A DNA stretch of 20,500 bases from Acidobacteriota bacterium (lineage in GTDB: Bacteria; Acidobacteriota; UBA6911; JACQSX01), in NCBI GenBank assembly GCA_036507075.1, contig DASXQR010000172.1, forward strand, positions 1 to 20,500. The letters are read 5' to 3'. The notes under the pieces are model-generated. The model was not told the DNA's origin. It saw nothing but the letters and a program-made list of their open reading frames with translations, and ran no database searches. Both the position numbers and the translations under genes were made by a program. This document shows positions 7,088-15,796 of the stretch, piece by piece (positions within the stretch are counted from its first letter, which is position 1; each line of letters starts with the position of its first letter).

Positions 7088-8125
7088 ATGGCGATCAAAC
7101 AATCGATCTTATTCCTGCTTCTACTGGCTGGACCCCTTCCGGCCTCCACTTTCCAGGGAAACCCGACGCCCCCGGAGAAGCACCTGAAAAACCTCCGTCA
7201 ACTCACTAATGGCGGAGAAAATGCCGAGGCCTACTTTGACCCTTCCGGAAAACGGCTGGTTTACCAATCGACGCATCCTCCTTACGAATGCGATCAAATT
7301 TTTGTCAAGGACATCGCCAGCAGCGCGGATCGTCTGGTAAGCACCGGAAAGGGTCGTACCACATGCGGGTATTTCTTCCCTGACGGCAAGCACGTACTTT
7401 ATTCCTCGACACACCTGGGTTCGCCAAATTGCCCGCCGCGACCGAGCTATGAGCGGGGCTATGTCTGGGCGATATACAGGGACTATGACATCTTCAAGGC
7501 GGACCTGAGTGGACGCGTCGTGCAAAGGTTGACGCAAGTCGAAGGCTATGACGCCGAAGCAACAATCAGTAAGGCGGCAAAGCGGATCGTGTTCACTTCG
7601 GTGCGTGACGGAGACCTGGAAATTTATTCCATGAAGCTGGACGGCACCGATGTGAAGCGCCTGACCCACGAACCCGGATATGACGGAGGGCCGTTTTATT
7701 CGCCGGACGGGAGGAAGATTGTTTATCGCGCCTCGCGCCCGGACGCTTCAGAGGCCGAGCGCTATCGACTGCTGCTGCGCGAGGCGCTCGTGGAGCCGCG
7801 GCGCCTGGAGATCTGGGTGATGGACGCGGACGGCTCGAACAAAGTTCAGGTGACCCGCAGCGGCGCGGCAAGCTTTGCGCCCTTTTTTCACCCTTCGGGG
7901 AAGAAAATCATTTTTGCCAGCAACGCGAATGATCCAGCCGGCCGGAATTTCGATCTGTACCTGGTCAACCTGGATGGGACGCGAATGGAACGGATCACAT
8001 TCAACGAAACGTTCGACGGCTTCCCCATGTTCAGTCCCGACGGAAAGCAACTGGTCTTCGCCTCCAATCGCAACGCGCGCGTTCGGGGAGAAACAAACGT
8101 ATTCGTGGCAGACTGGGTGGAATGA
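7088..8125 (+). CDS. TolB-like beta-propeller protein (PD40/WD40-like repeats), secreted
   Basis: Signal peptide MAIKQSILFLLLLAG from ATG 7088; repeated blades ENAEAYFDPSGKRLVYQS, YDGGPFYSPDGRKIVY, FAPFFHPSGKKIIFASN, FDGFPMFSPDGKQLVFASNR. Confidence 0.88.
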   Translation: MAIKQSILFLLLLAGPLPASTFQGNPTPPEKHLKNLRQLTNGGENAEAYFDPSGKRLVYQSTHPPYECDQIFVKDIASSADRLVSTGKGRTTCGYFFPDGKHVLYSSTHLGSPNCPPRPSYERGYVWAIYRDYDIFKADLSGRVVQRLTQVEGYDAEATISKAAKRIVFTSVRDGDLEIYSMKLDGTDVKRLTHEPGYDGGPFYSPDGRKIVYRASRPDASEAERYRLLLREALVEPRRLEIWVMDADGSNKVQVTRSGAASFAPFFHPSGKKIIFASNANDPAGRNFDLYLVNLDGTRMERITFNETFDGFPMFSPDGKQLVFASNRNARVRGETNVFVADWVE

Positions 8126-8131
8126 CCTTCC

Positions 8132-8393
8132 GAATGGGGAATGGGGAATGGGGAATGCGGAATAAAAAACTGTCCGTAGTCAGTTGTCCGTAGTCCGTAG
8201 TCCGTGGTCGGCAGCCACTGTCCGTAGTCAGTTGTCCGTAGTCCGTAGTCCGTGGTCGGCAGCCACTGTCCGTTGCTGCTGACCACTTCAACTGGCTACG
8301 GACCACGGACCACTGACAACTGACCACGGACAACTGACCACTGACCACGGACAGCTTTCTATTCCGCATTCCGCATTCCGAACTCCGCATTTG
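8132..8393. repeat. Composite nested inverted-repeat element, copy A (putative non-autonomous mobile element)
   Basis: (GGAATGG/C)n-aaaactgtccgtagtc...-core-...caactgaccactgaccacggacagcttt-(ATTCCGC)n-gaactcc; includes exact 48-bp duplication 8169-8216 / 8217-8264. Confidence 0.85.
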
Positions 8394-8406
8394 AACCCGG
8401 CCGTCG

Positions 8407-9495
8407 TTAGTAGAAGAATCGCCGCACGTGCACGTTCAGAATAAGCCCCAGGCCGATGAAGGTCGACATCATTGAAGAACCGCCAAAACTGAGGAAGGGA
8501 AGCGGGATTCCCGCAATCGGCATCACGCCGATGACCATGCCCACGTTGATCAATACGTGGAAAGCGATCAGCGACGTGACCCCTACAATAATCAGCAGCC
8601 CCGCTTTATCGCGGGCCGTGCGGGTGAAATTCAGTGTTCGCCACAGCAGCCAGAAGTAAAGCCCCAAAACAGCGGCGGCGCCCAGCAGGCCCGTTTCCTC
8701 GGCCAGCACCGCGAAAATGAAGTCGGTATGACGCGCCGGCAGAAACCCCAATTGGCTCTGGGTACCCTGAAAAATTCCCTTGCCCAGGATTCCACCCGAG
8801 CCGATCGCAATCTTGGACTGCTGCGCCTGGTATCCGATTCCCTTAGGATCGAGCTCGGAATTGAAGGTAACCATGATGCGCTGCCGCTGGTACCCCTTCA
8901 GCGATAACCAGCCGATCGGAGCAAGGCAAAGCACGGTCGCCATGGCAATGATGGCAAATTTCCTTTTCAAACCACAAACCACCGCCATCGACGCAAACAC
9001 CGGAGCAAAAGTCATCGACGAACCCAGATCACCCTGCAGCAGCACCAGTATCATCGGAATAAAAGTGATCGCGGCGGCGATCAACAGTTGTGAAATAGAA
9101 AGATGCTCGCGATCGATGCGCGAGAAGAATCTTGCCAGCAGCAGGATCACCAGAATCTTGATGAATTCGGACGGCTGCAGCCTAACCGAACCGATCTTGA
9201 GCCACGCCTTGTTTCCGTGAATTTCGGTGCCGAAGACGAGCACCGCAACCAAAAAGAGCAAACCGAACCCGTAAAGGAAATGGGAGTAATCGGTGAGCGT
9301 ATGGTAGTCAATCATCAGTACCATCAGAAAAAGGATCAGCCCGCTGGCTACCCAGGCCATTTGCCGCCAGAGATAAAATGCGTGGCTGGAATCGCGCGTG
9401 GCGCTGTAGATGAACAGCACCCCCAGGACAGAAAGAGTAAGCGCGATAAAAAATGTGGTCCAGTCGAATTGGGAGAAGAAACGACGATTAATCAA
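8407..9495 (-). CDS. rodA: Rod shape-determining protein RodA (SEDS peptidoglycan glycosyltransferase)
   Basis: LQPSEFIK, QGDLGS, GYQAQQSKIAIGSGG, LPARHTDFIF, GIPLPFLSFGGSS; downstream of mrdA. Confidence 0.97.
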   Translation of the reverse strand: MINRRFFSQFDWTTFFIALTLSVLGVLFIYSATRDSSHAFYLWRQMAWVASGLILFLMVLMIDYHTLTDYSHFLYGFGLLFLVAVLVFGTEIHGNKAWLKIGSVRLQPSEFIKILVILLLARFFSRIDREHLSISQLLIAAAITFIPMILVLLQGDLGSSMTFAPVFASMAVVCGLKRKFAIIAMATVLCLAPIGWLSLKGYQRQRIMVTFNSELDPKGIGYQAQQSKIAIGSGGILGKGIFQGTQSQLGFLPARHTDFIFAVLAEETGLLGAAAVLGLYFWLLWRTLNFTRTARDKAGLLIIVGVTSLIAFHVLINVGMVIGVMPIAGIPLPFLSFGGSSMMSTFIGLGLILNVHVRRFFY

Positions 9496-9546
9496 CTAAG
9501 AATCCGACTCAAGAGATTCAAAATTCAAAATTGGAGCGTTCAACTC

Positions 9547-9832
9547 GGTTACAGGTTTGCGGGTTTGCGGGTTACGGGTTTTCGGCTTACAGGTTTGCGG
9601 GTTTCCGGGTTGCGGGTTTCGGGTTTCGAGTTGTAAGCCTCAAAAGTTGCCAACCGCAACCTATTGGAATGACTTTCTGATGCAGGTGAGATTTGGATTC
9701 TCAATTCCCAACCGAATGACCCAAAAGCAAAACTCACGACCGTAACCTGAAAACCCGGAACCCGGAACCCGAAAACCCGTCAACCCGAAAACCCGTAACC
9801 CGCAAACCGCAAACCCGAAACACGTCAACTCG
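9547..9832. repeat. Inverted pair of (CGGGTTT[G/T/C])n and (AAACCCG)n 7/8-nt arrays around a ~108-nt spacer
   Basis: 9554-9585 ggtttgcgggtttgcgggttacgggttttcgg is complementary to 9785-9815 with a single 1-nt gap. Confidence 0.9.
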
Positions 9833-9845
9833 CGCTAAAGCGCGA

Positions 9846-11690
9846 CTACTTCATCGCCGCCGTCACCAGGCTGGGGCGATTGTCTCTCTTGGGGGCCTGT
9901 AGTTTTTCGTAATAAGTGCGAAAAACAGAACCGGCGATGGGGGCTGCGGCTGCTCCTCCATAACCGCCCCGCTGCACCAGCACGGCGACCACAATCTGCG
10001 GATCATCCTTGGGCGCGAATCCCACAAACCACGCATTGTTGTCAAAGTTTCCACGCTCGGCTCCGGTGACCTTCTGGCGGCCTTCATTGCTGATCGTCTG
10101 GGCGGTTCCGGTCTTCCCGCAGACATCGAATCCTGCGACAGCGGCCGAATGTCCGGTCCCGCCGCCGTTTACCACGCCCCACAGGCTGTTGCGCAGAAAC
10201 TCCGTGTTCTTTGAATCCCACTGATATTTAACCGGCCGGAAGCGGCTGTCCGCGTCAGGTTGCGGAATTCGCGCCAGGTGCGGAACGGCGAAGTGACCGC
10301 CGAGTGCGATCCCTCCGATCGCGCGCGCCATTTGTATCGGCGTGATGCTGACGGCGCCCTGGCCAATGGCCACCGAAATCGTTTCGCCGGCATACCACTT
10401 TTCCCCAAACATGCGCTCCTTCCACTCGGCAGAAGGCATTACGCCGGATGCCTCGTTTGGCAAGTCGATCCCGGTGGGGACGCCGAGACCGACCATGTGG
10501 GCGTATTGGCTGATGGTATTGATGCCCATCTGCATCCCAAGCTTGTAGAAGAAGACATTGCACGACTGAATAATGGCCCGCTGCATGTCGACATAGCCAT
10601 GTCCGCCTTCGTGGCAGCGGAAGTAATGGCCGTACAGAGTGGCCCCGCCCGGGCAGGAGACCGAAGAGCTGGGGTGTACCAGGCCTTTTTCCAGTCCGGC
10701 AAGCGACATGACAACCTTAAATACGGAACCAGGAGAAAAGGTGCTCTGAATAACGCGGTTTTGAAGAGGTTTATCGTCGTTATCCAGCAGCTCTTTCCAC
10801 TGGCTCGCGTTGACCCGCACTGCAAAGTGGTTCGGGTCAAAGCTGGGCCTGCTCACCATGGCAAGGATTTCGCCGTTGCGGGGATCCATGGCAATGACGG
10901 CGCCCACCTTGTCGGCCATCTGTTCTTCGGCCACCATCTGCAGGTCCAGGTCGAGCGTGAGATTGAGCTGCTGTCCCACAAAGCTCGGCTTGGGACTGAA
11001 TTCCTGTTTCACCTTGCCGACGCTGTTGACCAGAACGATCTTTTCGCCGTCAACGCCGGTTAGCAGGCTGTTGTAAGAACGCTCCATTCCAAATCGCCCG
11101 ACGATGTCTCCCGCCTTGCGCTCCTTGAACTCGGGCGTCTTCAACTGCGATTCCGAGACTTCTCCCACGTAACCGAGAGCGTGCGCTGCCAGCGGTCCGT
11201 ACCGGTAAAGACGCTTGGGGGCTTCCAGGCTCCTTATTTCAGGATGCTCGGCCTGGTGGCTTTGAATGTAAGCCATGTCTTCCAGGCTTACGTTTTCCTT
11301 GATCACGATGGGATGAAACAGCGGGTAGCGGCGGTACTGCTGCAGGCGCGCGTCGAACTGTTCTGGAGTAACGATGCCGCCCTCATTGAGAAATCTCTTG
11401 GTGTTGGCAAGGTCGGCCTGCGAGTTCAGTTCGTCGCGGTAAACGACAATGTTGTTGGATTCGACGTTTTCGACGAGGGGACGGCCTTCACGGTCCAGAA
11501 TCACCCCCCTGGGGGCGATCAGCGGGATAATGCGCAGCCGGTTCTTTTCGGCCAGGCCCGCATAATAATTGTGGTTAAGCACCGTCAGGCGCCAGATCTG
11601 GACGGCAAACAAGGCGAAAATCAGGCATACAGTGACCTTTAGGATCACAACGCGAGACTGCAGAAAGCGTTTGTCCTGATTAATCGGCAT
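9846..11690 (-). CDS. mrdA: Penicillin-binding protein 2
   Basis: N-terminal TM, APRGVILDREG, SxxK (PGSVFK), SxN (SCN), KTG (CGKTGTAQ); start ATG 11690 overlapping the mreD 3' end. Confidence 0.97.
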   Translation of the reverse strand: MPINQDKRFLQSRVVILKVTVCLIFALFAVQIWRLTVLNHNYYAGLAEKNRLRIIPLIAPRGVILDREGRPLVENVESNNIVVYRDELNSQADLANTKRFLNEGGIVTPEQFDARLQQYRRYPLFHPIVIKENVSLEDMAYIQSHQAEHPEIRSLEAPKRLYRYGPLAAHALGYVGEVSESQLKTPEFKERKAGDIVGRFGMERSYNSLLTGVDGEKIVLVNSVGKVKQEFSPKPSFVGQQLNLTLDLDLQMVAEEQMADKVGAVIAMDPRNGEILAMVSRPSFDPNHFAVRVNASQWKELLDNDDKPLQNRVIQSTFSPGSVFKVVMSLAGLEKGLVHPSSSVSCPGGATLYGHYFRCHEGGHGYVDMQRAIIQSCNVFFYKLGMQMGINTISQYAHMVGLGVPTGIDLPNEASGVMPSAEWKERMFGEKWYAGETISVAIGQGAVSITPIQMARAIGGIALGGHFAVPHLARIPQPDADSRFRPVKYQWDSKNTEFLRNSLWGVVNGGGTGHSAAVAGFDVCGKTGTAQTISNEGRQKVTGAERGNFDNNAWFVGFAPKDDPQIVVAVLVQRGGYGGAAAAPIAGSVFRTYYEKLQAPKRDNRPSLVTAAMK

Positions 11691-12183
11691 ACGGTCTGGC
11701 CAGTTGTTTTTTGCCTCCGCGTCGGATGCGGTCGGCAATCTGGAACAATATCAGGGCTGCCATCGAATTACTTGTTGCTTGGATTACCGAAGTCTGAAAA
11801 AAGTGGACCGGTATCGATTGCTCCAAAGTATACAATAAACACGCCAAAACCGCTGAATTTATTAGAGAAGCGGCCAGAACGGCGCCCAGCCGCACCCAAA
11901 GCGAGTCTAAAATAACGTACCGGTTTACGGTGGCAATTCCAAACCCGAGGATCGTTTTTGAGAAGCCATTTACGCCGATCGGGAAGCCGCTGAGGAGATC
12001 CTGCAGCGCCCCGGCCAGAAAACCCGAGTAGGCGGCGCTGACCTGCTGCATCATCAGCCCGGCATAAACGCTGTACAGCAAAAACAGGTCCACATACAGC
12101 AAAGGCCGCAGGTAAAGGGCAAGTAAATGCTCGATCATGCCGATTACCGCAATCGCCACCAGGTTCTTGACTATGTTGGCCAC
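11680..12183 (-). CDS. mreD: Rod shape-determining protein MreD
   Basis: 167-aa hydrophobic protein, GFLAGALQDLLSG.PIG.NG motif; between mreC and mrdA. Confidence 0.9.
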   Translation of the reverse strand: MANIVKNLVAIAVIGMIEHLLALYLRPLLYVDLFLLYSVYAGLMMQQVSAAYSGFLAGALQDLLSGFPIGVNGFSKTILGFGIATVNRYVILDSLWVRLGAVLAASLINSAVLACLLYTLEQSIPVHFFQTSVIQATSNSMAALILFQIADRIRRGGKKQLARPYAD

Positions 12184-12195
12184 GGCGGAGCCTCA

Positions 12196-12545
12196 TTTTC
12201 GGAATGCGGAATGCGGAATGCGGAATGCGGAATGAAAACTGTCCGTAGTCGGTAGCCCGTGGTCCGTTGTCGGCGCCTGTTGTTTCTGACAAACTGCGAT
12301 TTTTCCTTCGTGAGCGTAGACGTGGTCGTTGACGTGCACGTGCTCGTGACCGCTTCTCAGTTTTTTCTTTGATTGCGGCTCTGCCGGGCTATGGCTCTGC
12401 GGTGAAACCGATTGGATCCGGGTGCACCAACCCGCCATTATAGGCAACTGGTCACCCTGTAAGAGAACCGCGATCAACTGACAACTGACAACTGACCACG
12501 GACAGCTTTTCATTCCGCATTCCGCATTCCGCAATCCGAACTCCG
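12196..12545. repeat. Composite nested inverted-repeat element, copy B, with ~195-nt internal segment
   Basis: (GGAATGC)n-gaaaactgtccgtagtc...gtcggcgcc ... caactgacaactgaccacggacagctttt-(ATTCCGC)n-gaactcc; interior has a CGTGNN hexamer array (12309-12351) and GGCTCT octamer-spaced units (~12376-12403). Confidence 0.85.
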
Positions 12546-12552
12546 GAGAAAG

Positions 12553-13497
12553 CTACTGCCTTCCAACACCTCCCGGCCTGCCCACTTCAGCTTTTTTTAC
12601 TCGTTCCGGCTTGCCGCCTTTGGGTTCAAGCTTTGTCTGAACTTCTTTTTTCTTCTGGGCCACTTCAGCCGGAGGAGGCGCGGAGTACTTGTAGCCGGTG
12701 ATGACCAGGACTTCTTCGAGCAGGGAGAGATTTACGGCCGGTTTGAGCGTGATCTCCTTGAAAATATGATTGCTGTTGCGGGCCGCAGAAACCCGGCCCA
12801 CCGGCAGACCCGGCGGATAAATTCTGTCCGTCCCGGACGTGATCACAGAATCTCCGGAACGGATGTTCTCCTGGTTTGACACGAAGCGCACTCCCAGCAC
12901 CTCGCTGCCGCCGCCCTGCGCGATGCCCTGCACGCGATTGCCTCCCACGAAAACACCGGCTCCGGCTCCGGCGTTGTTTATCAGCTCCACCTCACTGGTG
13001 CGGGGAGTGGTGTTTAACACCCGGCCTACAATTCCTCCGGGAGCAATTACCGCGCTGTTTGGTTGAACGCCGTCGTTGCTGCCGGCATTGACCAGAATCG
13101 TGAACTTCCAGAATGGAGGACTCTTGGCGATTACGCGCGCCATGCGCGTGGTGTATTGAAACTGCTCTTGAAACTTCTGATACTCGGCAATCCGAACCTG
13201 CATCCGGCCCAGCTCTTCGAGCCGCCGCAGCTCCATCCTGAGCCTTTGATTCTCCTGAGTCAGGCGTTGGTTCTGCCGATGCGTTCCGATCAGGTTCACA
13301 TAGTCACCCCAGAGCCGGAAACCGCGCCCCGCCACGTAGCTGGTGGAAGCCATCACCGGGCTGGCAACGCTGAGCATCCAGATCTTCAGGAAGGTCTGCC
13401 CGCCGGGACTGCGAAGCTGAATCGAAAGGAGAAACACATTGAGGATCAACAGCAGCACGAAATTCAGCAGCGGGCGCTTCTGAACGTTGAAAATCAT
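12553..13497 (-). CDS. mreC: Rod shape-determining protein MreC
   Basis: TM plus coiled coil (ENQRLR), [33 protein letters not shown] overlap with mreB stop. Confidence 0.95.
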   Translation of the reverse strand: MIFNVQKRPLLNFVLLLILNVFLLSIQLRSPGGQTFLKIWMLSVASPVMASTSYVAGRGFRLWGDYVNLIGTHRQNQRLTQENQRLRMELRRLEELGRMQVRIAEYQKFQEQFQYTTRMARVIAKSPPFWKFTILVNAGSNDGVQPNSAVIAPGGIVGRVLNTTPRTSEVELINNAGAGAGVFVGGNRVQGIAQGGGSEVLGVRFVSNQENIRSGDSVITSGTDRIYPPGLPVGRVSAARNSNHIFKEITLKPAVNLSLLEEVLVITGYKYSAPPPAEVAQKKKEVQTKLEPKGGKPERVKKAEVGRPGGVGRQ

Positions 13498-14519
13498 TCC
13501 AGACTGATTCGCTTCAGCAGCGCCATGTCGCTGAGCATCTTGCCCGTGCCGAGTACAACTGATGAGAGCGGATCTTCAGCCAGAAAGACCGGCAGTCCGG
13601 TTTCTTCCATCAGGCGCTTGTCCAGATTCTTCAGCAGCGCGCCGCCTCCCGTCAGAACAATCCCTTTGTCAACGATGTCCGCGGACAGTTCAGGGGGAGT
13701 GCGCTCCAGGGCTACTCGCACGGCATTCACGATGGTCGAAATGCAATCGGCCAGTGCCTCGCGAACCTCCTCATCGGTAATGGTGATGGTTTTGGGTATC
13801 CCTTCAATCAGGTTGCGGCCCTTTATCTCCATGGTCAGTTCCTGGTCCAGCGGGCAGGCCGAGCCGAGACCGATCTTGACCTGTTCGGCGGTCCGTTCCC
13901 CGATCAGCAGATTGTGCTTGCGCTTGATGTATTGGACGATGGCTTCGTCCATTTCATTGCCCGCGATTCGCACCGACCGGCTGTAGACGATTCCAGAGAG
14001 GGATATGACGGCAATATCGGTTGTGCCGCCGCCGATGTCGACAATCATGTTTCCCGAAGGTTCCGTGATAGGCAGCCCGGCCCCGATGGCGGCCGCCATT
14101 GCTTCCTCCACCAGATAGACTTCGCTGGCTTTGGCGCGCAGAGCGGATTCGCGCACCGCTCGCTTCTCCACCTGCGTAATCTCGGACGGGATGCAGATTA
14201 CGATCCGGGGTGAAATCAGGTGATTGCGGTTGTGCGCCTTCTTGATGAAGTACTTGAGCATCTCCTCGGTCACGTCGAAATCGGCGATCACGCCGTCTTT
14301 CATCGGCTTGATGGCGACGATGTTTCCGGGAGTGCGGCCCAGCATCTCCTTGGCCTCTTTGCCGACGGCCAGGACTTTGTTGGTGAGTTTGTTGATGGCG
14401 ACGATGGAAGGCTCGTTGACAACGATGCCCTTGCCCTTGGCGTAAACCAGGGTGTTGGCGGTTCCCAGATCGATGGCCAAGTCGCTGGAGAAGGCGGTAA
14501 AGAGAGAACGAAAGTTCAC
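13494..14519 (-). CDS. mreB: Actin-like rod shape-determining protein MreB
   Basis: [34 protein letters not shown]. Confidence 0.99.
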   Translation of the reverse strand: MNFRSLFTAFSSDLAIDLGTANTLVYAKGKGIVVNEPSIVAINKLTNKVLAVGKEAKEMLGRTPGNIVAIKPMKDGVIADFDVTEEMLKYFIKKAHNRNHLISPRIVICIPSEITQVEKRAVRESALRAKASEVYLVEEAMAAAIGAGLPITEPSGNMIVDIGGGTTDIAVISLSGIVYSRSVRIAGNEMDEAIVQYIKRKHNLLIGERTAEQVKIGLGSACPLDQELTMEIKGRNLIEGIPKTITITDEEVREALADCISTIVNAVRVALERTPPELSADIVDKGIVLTGGGALLKNLDKRLMEETGLPVFLAEDPLSSVVLGTGKMLSDMALLKRISLE

Positions 14520-14524
14520 TTCAA

Positions 14525-15796
14525 TTACCCTGCAACTCTCACCTTGTTCTTCATTAGATTCTTGGCTTCATACATCGCGGCGTCCGCCTTGCGGATCAAT
14601 TCATCCACGGAAAAGCCATGCTCCGGGCAGCCCGCGATGCCGATGCTGATCGTAACGCGTATGTCGCGTTCTTTGTCGGCGCCGAATACGTGGGATTCAA
14701 CGCTCCTTCGAAGCCGTTCGGCGATGGCTTCCGCGCCCGCAGAATTTGTCTCCGTCAGGACGATCACATATTCGTCGCCGCCGTATCTGACCACGACGTC
14801 GGATTCGCGGACGAGAGAACTGAACTGGTAACCAACTTCCACCAGGGTCTCGCTTCCTGCCAAGTGTCCATGATTATCGTTCACAGCCTTGAACCAATCA
14901 ATATCTATAAACAAAACAGAGACGTTTTTATTGTAACGAGTGCAGCGTCGAATTTCGCTGGCCAGGAACTGGCGCAGGTAGCGATAGTTGTATAAAGAGG
15001 TCAGCGTGTCGGTAAAGCTGAGCCGCTCCTTCTCTATCAACATGTCGATATGGTGGAAGGCCGAGCCGAGAAACTCGGCCAGGTCGCGCAGGAAAGAACG
15101 GTATTGGGCAACTGGTTTTTGTTCGGTCTGGCAACATACGGCGCCGGCGCAGATGCCGTCTTTGATCAGAGGAAGGCAGAGGAGATTTTCCGCTTCCACC
15201 CCGGCGCTGCGAAGGCCGTCGGCCTTGGTGCGACGGGTTACGTGGCTCAGAGAATCCATCAGGTTTTCGCGCTCCACGCTCCAGCCGGGAGAAGCGAATA
15301 CCATGCGCCAGCTTTCGTCTTTTTCCTGGACGTGGACGGACCAGTCCATGTCGGGAAACTGGGTCCGCAGTTTTTCCCTGGCATAATGGCAGATGCTGGA
15401 ATAATCCCTGTTCTTCTCCAGCAGTTGCAGCATTTCGGCGGCCTGGCAAAAGAGGTTGTCGCTGGGATTAATCAATTTCCTTCGCTGCGTTTCTTCAAAG
15501 AAATTTTCGGGCAGGGGAAGGAAGTAATGCCCCGAGTAACCCTTACGGCGGGAATCTTCAGTGGCGCGGCGGTTAAAGCTGCCGGCCACCGTGACCAACT
15601 CCGCCTGCGGGAATAAATGTGAAAACGACGATGCGGGAGGGGTGGAGTCATCCCACTCGCAAAGCACCGTTCTGATGCGCCGTCTCTGAAACTCGCTCAG
15701 GCCCCCCACATCGTTCAGCGGATGCGAGATGGAATCTGCCGGCAAGGGAGCCAGAAGCTTCGTGGTCTCGGGATTGCTGAACAATACCAGGATCAT
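14525..15796 (-). CDS. Diguanylate cyclase (GGDEF domain) with N-terminal sensor region (GAF-like)
   Basis: [27 protein letters not shown] (RxxD I-site), [21 protein letters not shown]; start ATG 15796 in ATGA overlap with the upstream stop. Confidence 0.92.
   Translation of the reverse strand: MILVLFSNPETTKLLAPLPADSISHPLNDVGGLSEFQRRRIRTVLCEWDDSTPPASSFSHLFPQAELVTVAGSFNRRATEDSRRKGYSGHYFLPLPENFFEETQRRKLINPSDNLFCQAAEMLQLLEKNRDYSSICHYAREKLRTQFPDMDWSVHVQEKDESWRMVFASPGWSVERENLMDSLSHVTRRTKADGLRSAGVEAENLLCLPLIKDGICAGAVCCQTEQKPVAQYRSFLRDLAEFLGSAFHHIDMLIEKERLSFTDTLTSLYNYRYLRQFLASEIRRCTRYNKNVSVLFIDIDWFKAVNDNHGHLAGSETLVEVGYQFSSLVRESDVVVRYGGDEYVIVLTETNSAGAEAIAERLRRSVESHVFGADKERDIRVTISIGIAGCPEHGFSVDELIRKADAAMYEAKNLMKNKVRVAG

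Noticed and set aside
6974..7149. Overlapping extended starts of the M28 peptidase (7149) and TolB-like gene (6974)
   Set aside because: Internal ATGs at 6993 and 7088 begin clear signal peptides and remove the head-to-head overlap
8169..8273. CRISPR array
   Set aside because: 48-bp units are directly adjacent with no unique spacers; no cas genes in the window
7888..8390. Repeat-peptide ORFs (TTDYG repeats; 7888..8286 and 8031..8390)
   Set aside because: Explained by nucleotide periodicity and antisense overlap with the TolB-like gene; not called as proteins
9549..9745. Two 62-aa ORFs between rodA and mrdA
   Set aside because: Largely translations of the repeat arm; no RBS or family similarity recognised
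12186..12548. CGGAG on both sides of element copy B as a target-site duplication
   Set aside because: Only 5 nt, not flush with the left boundary, and copy A shows no equivalent
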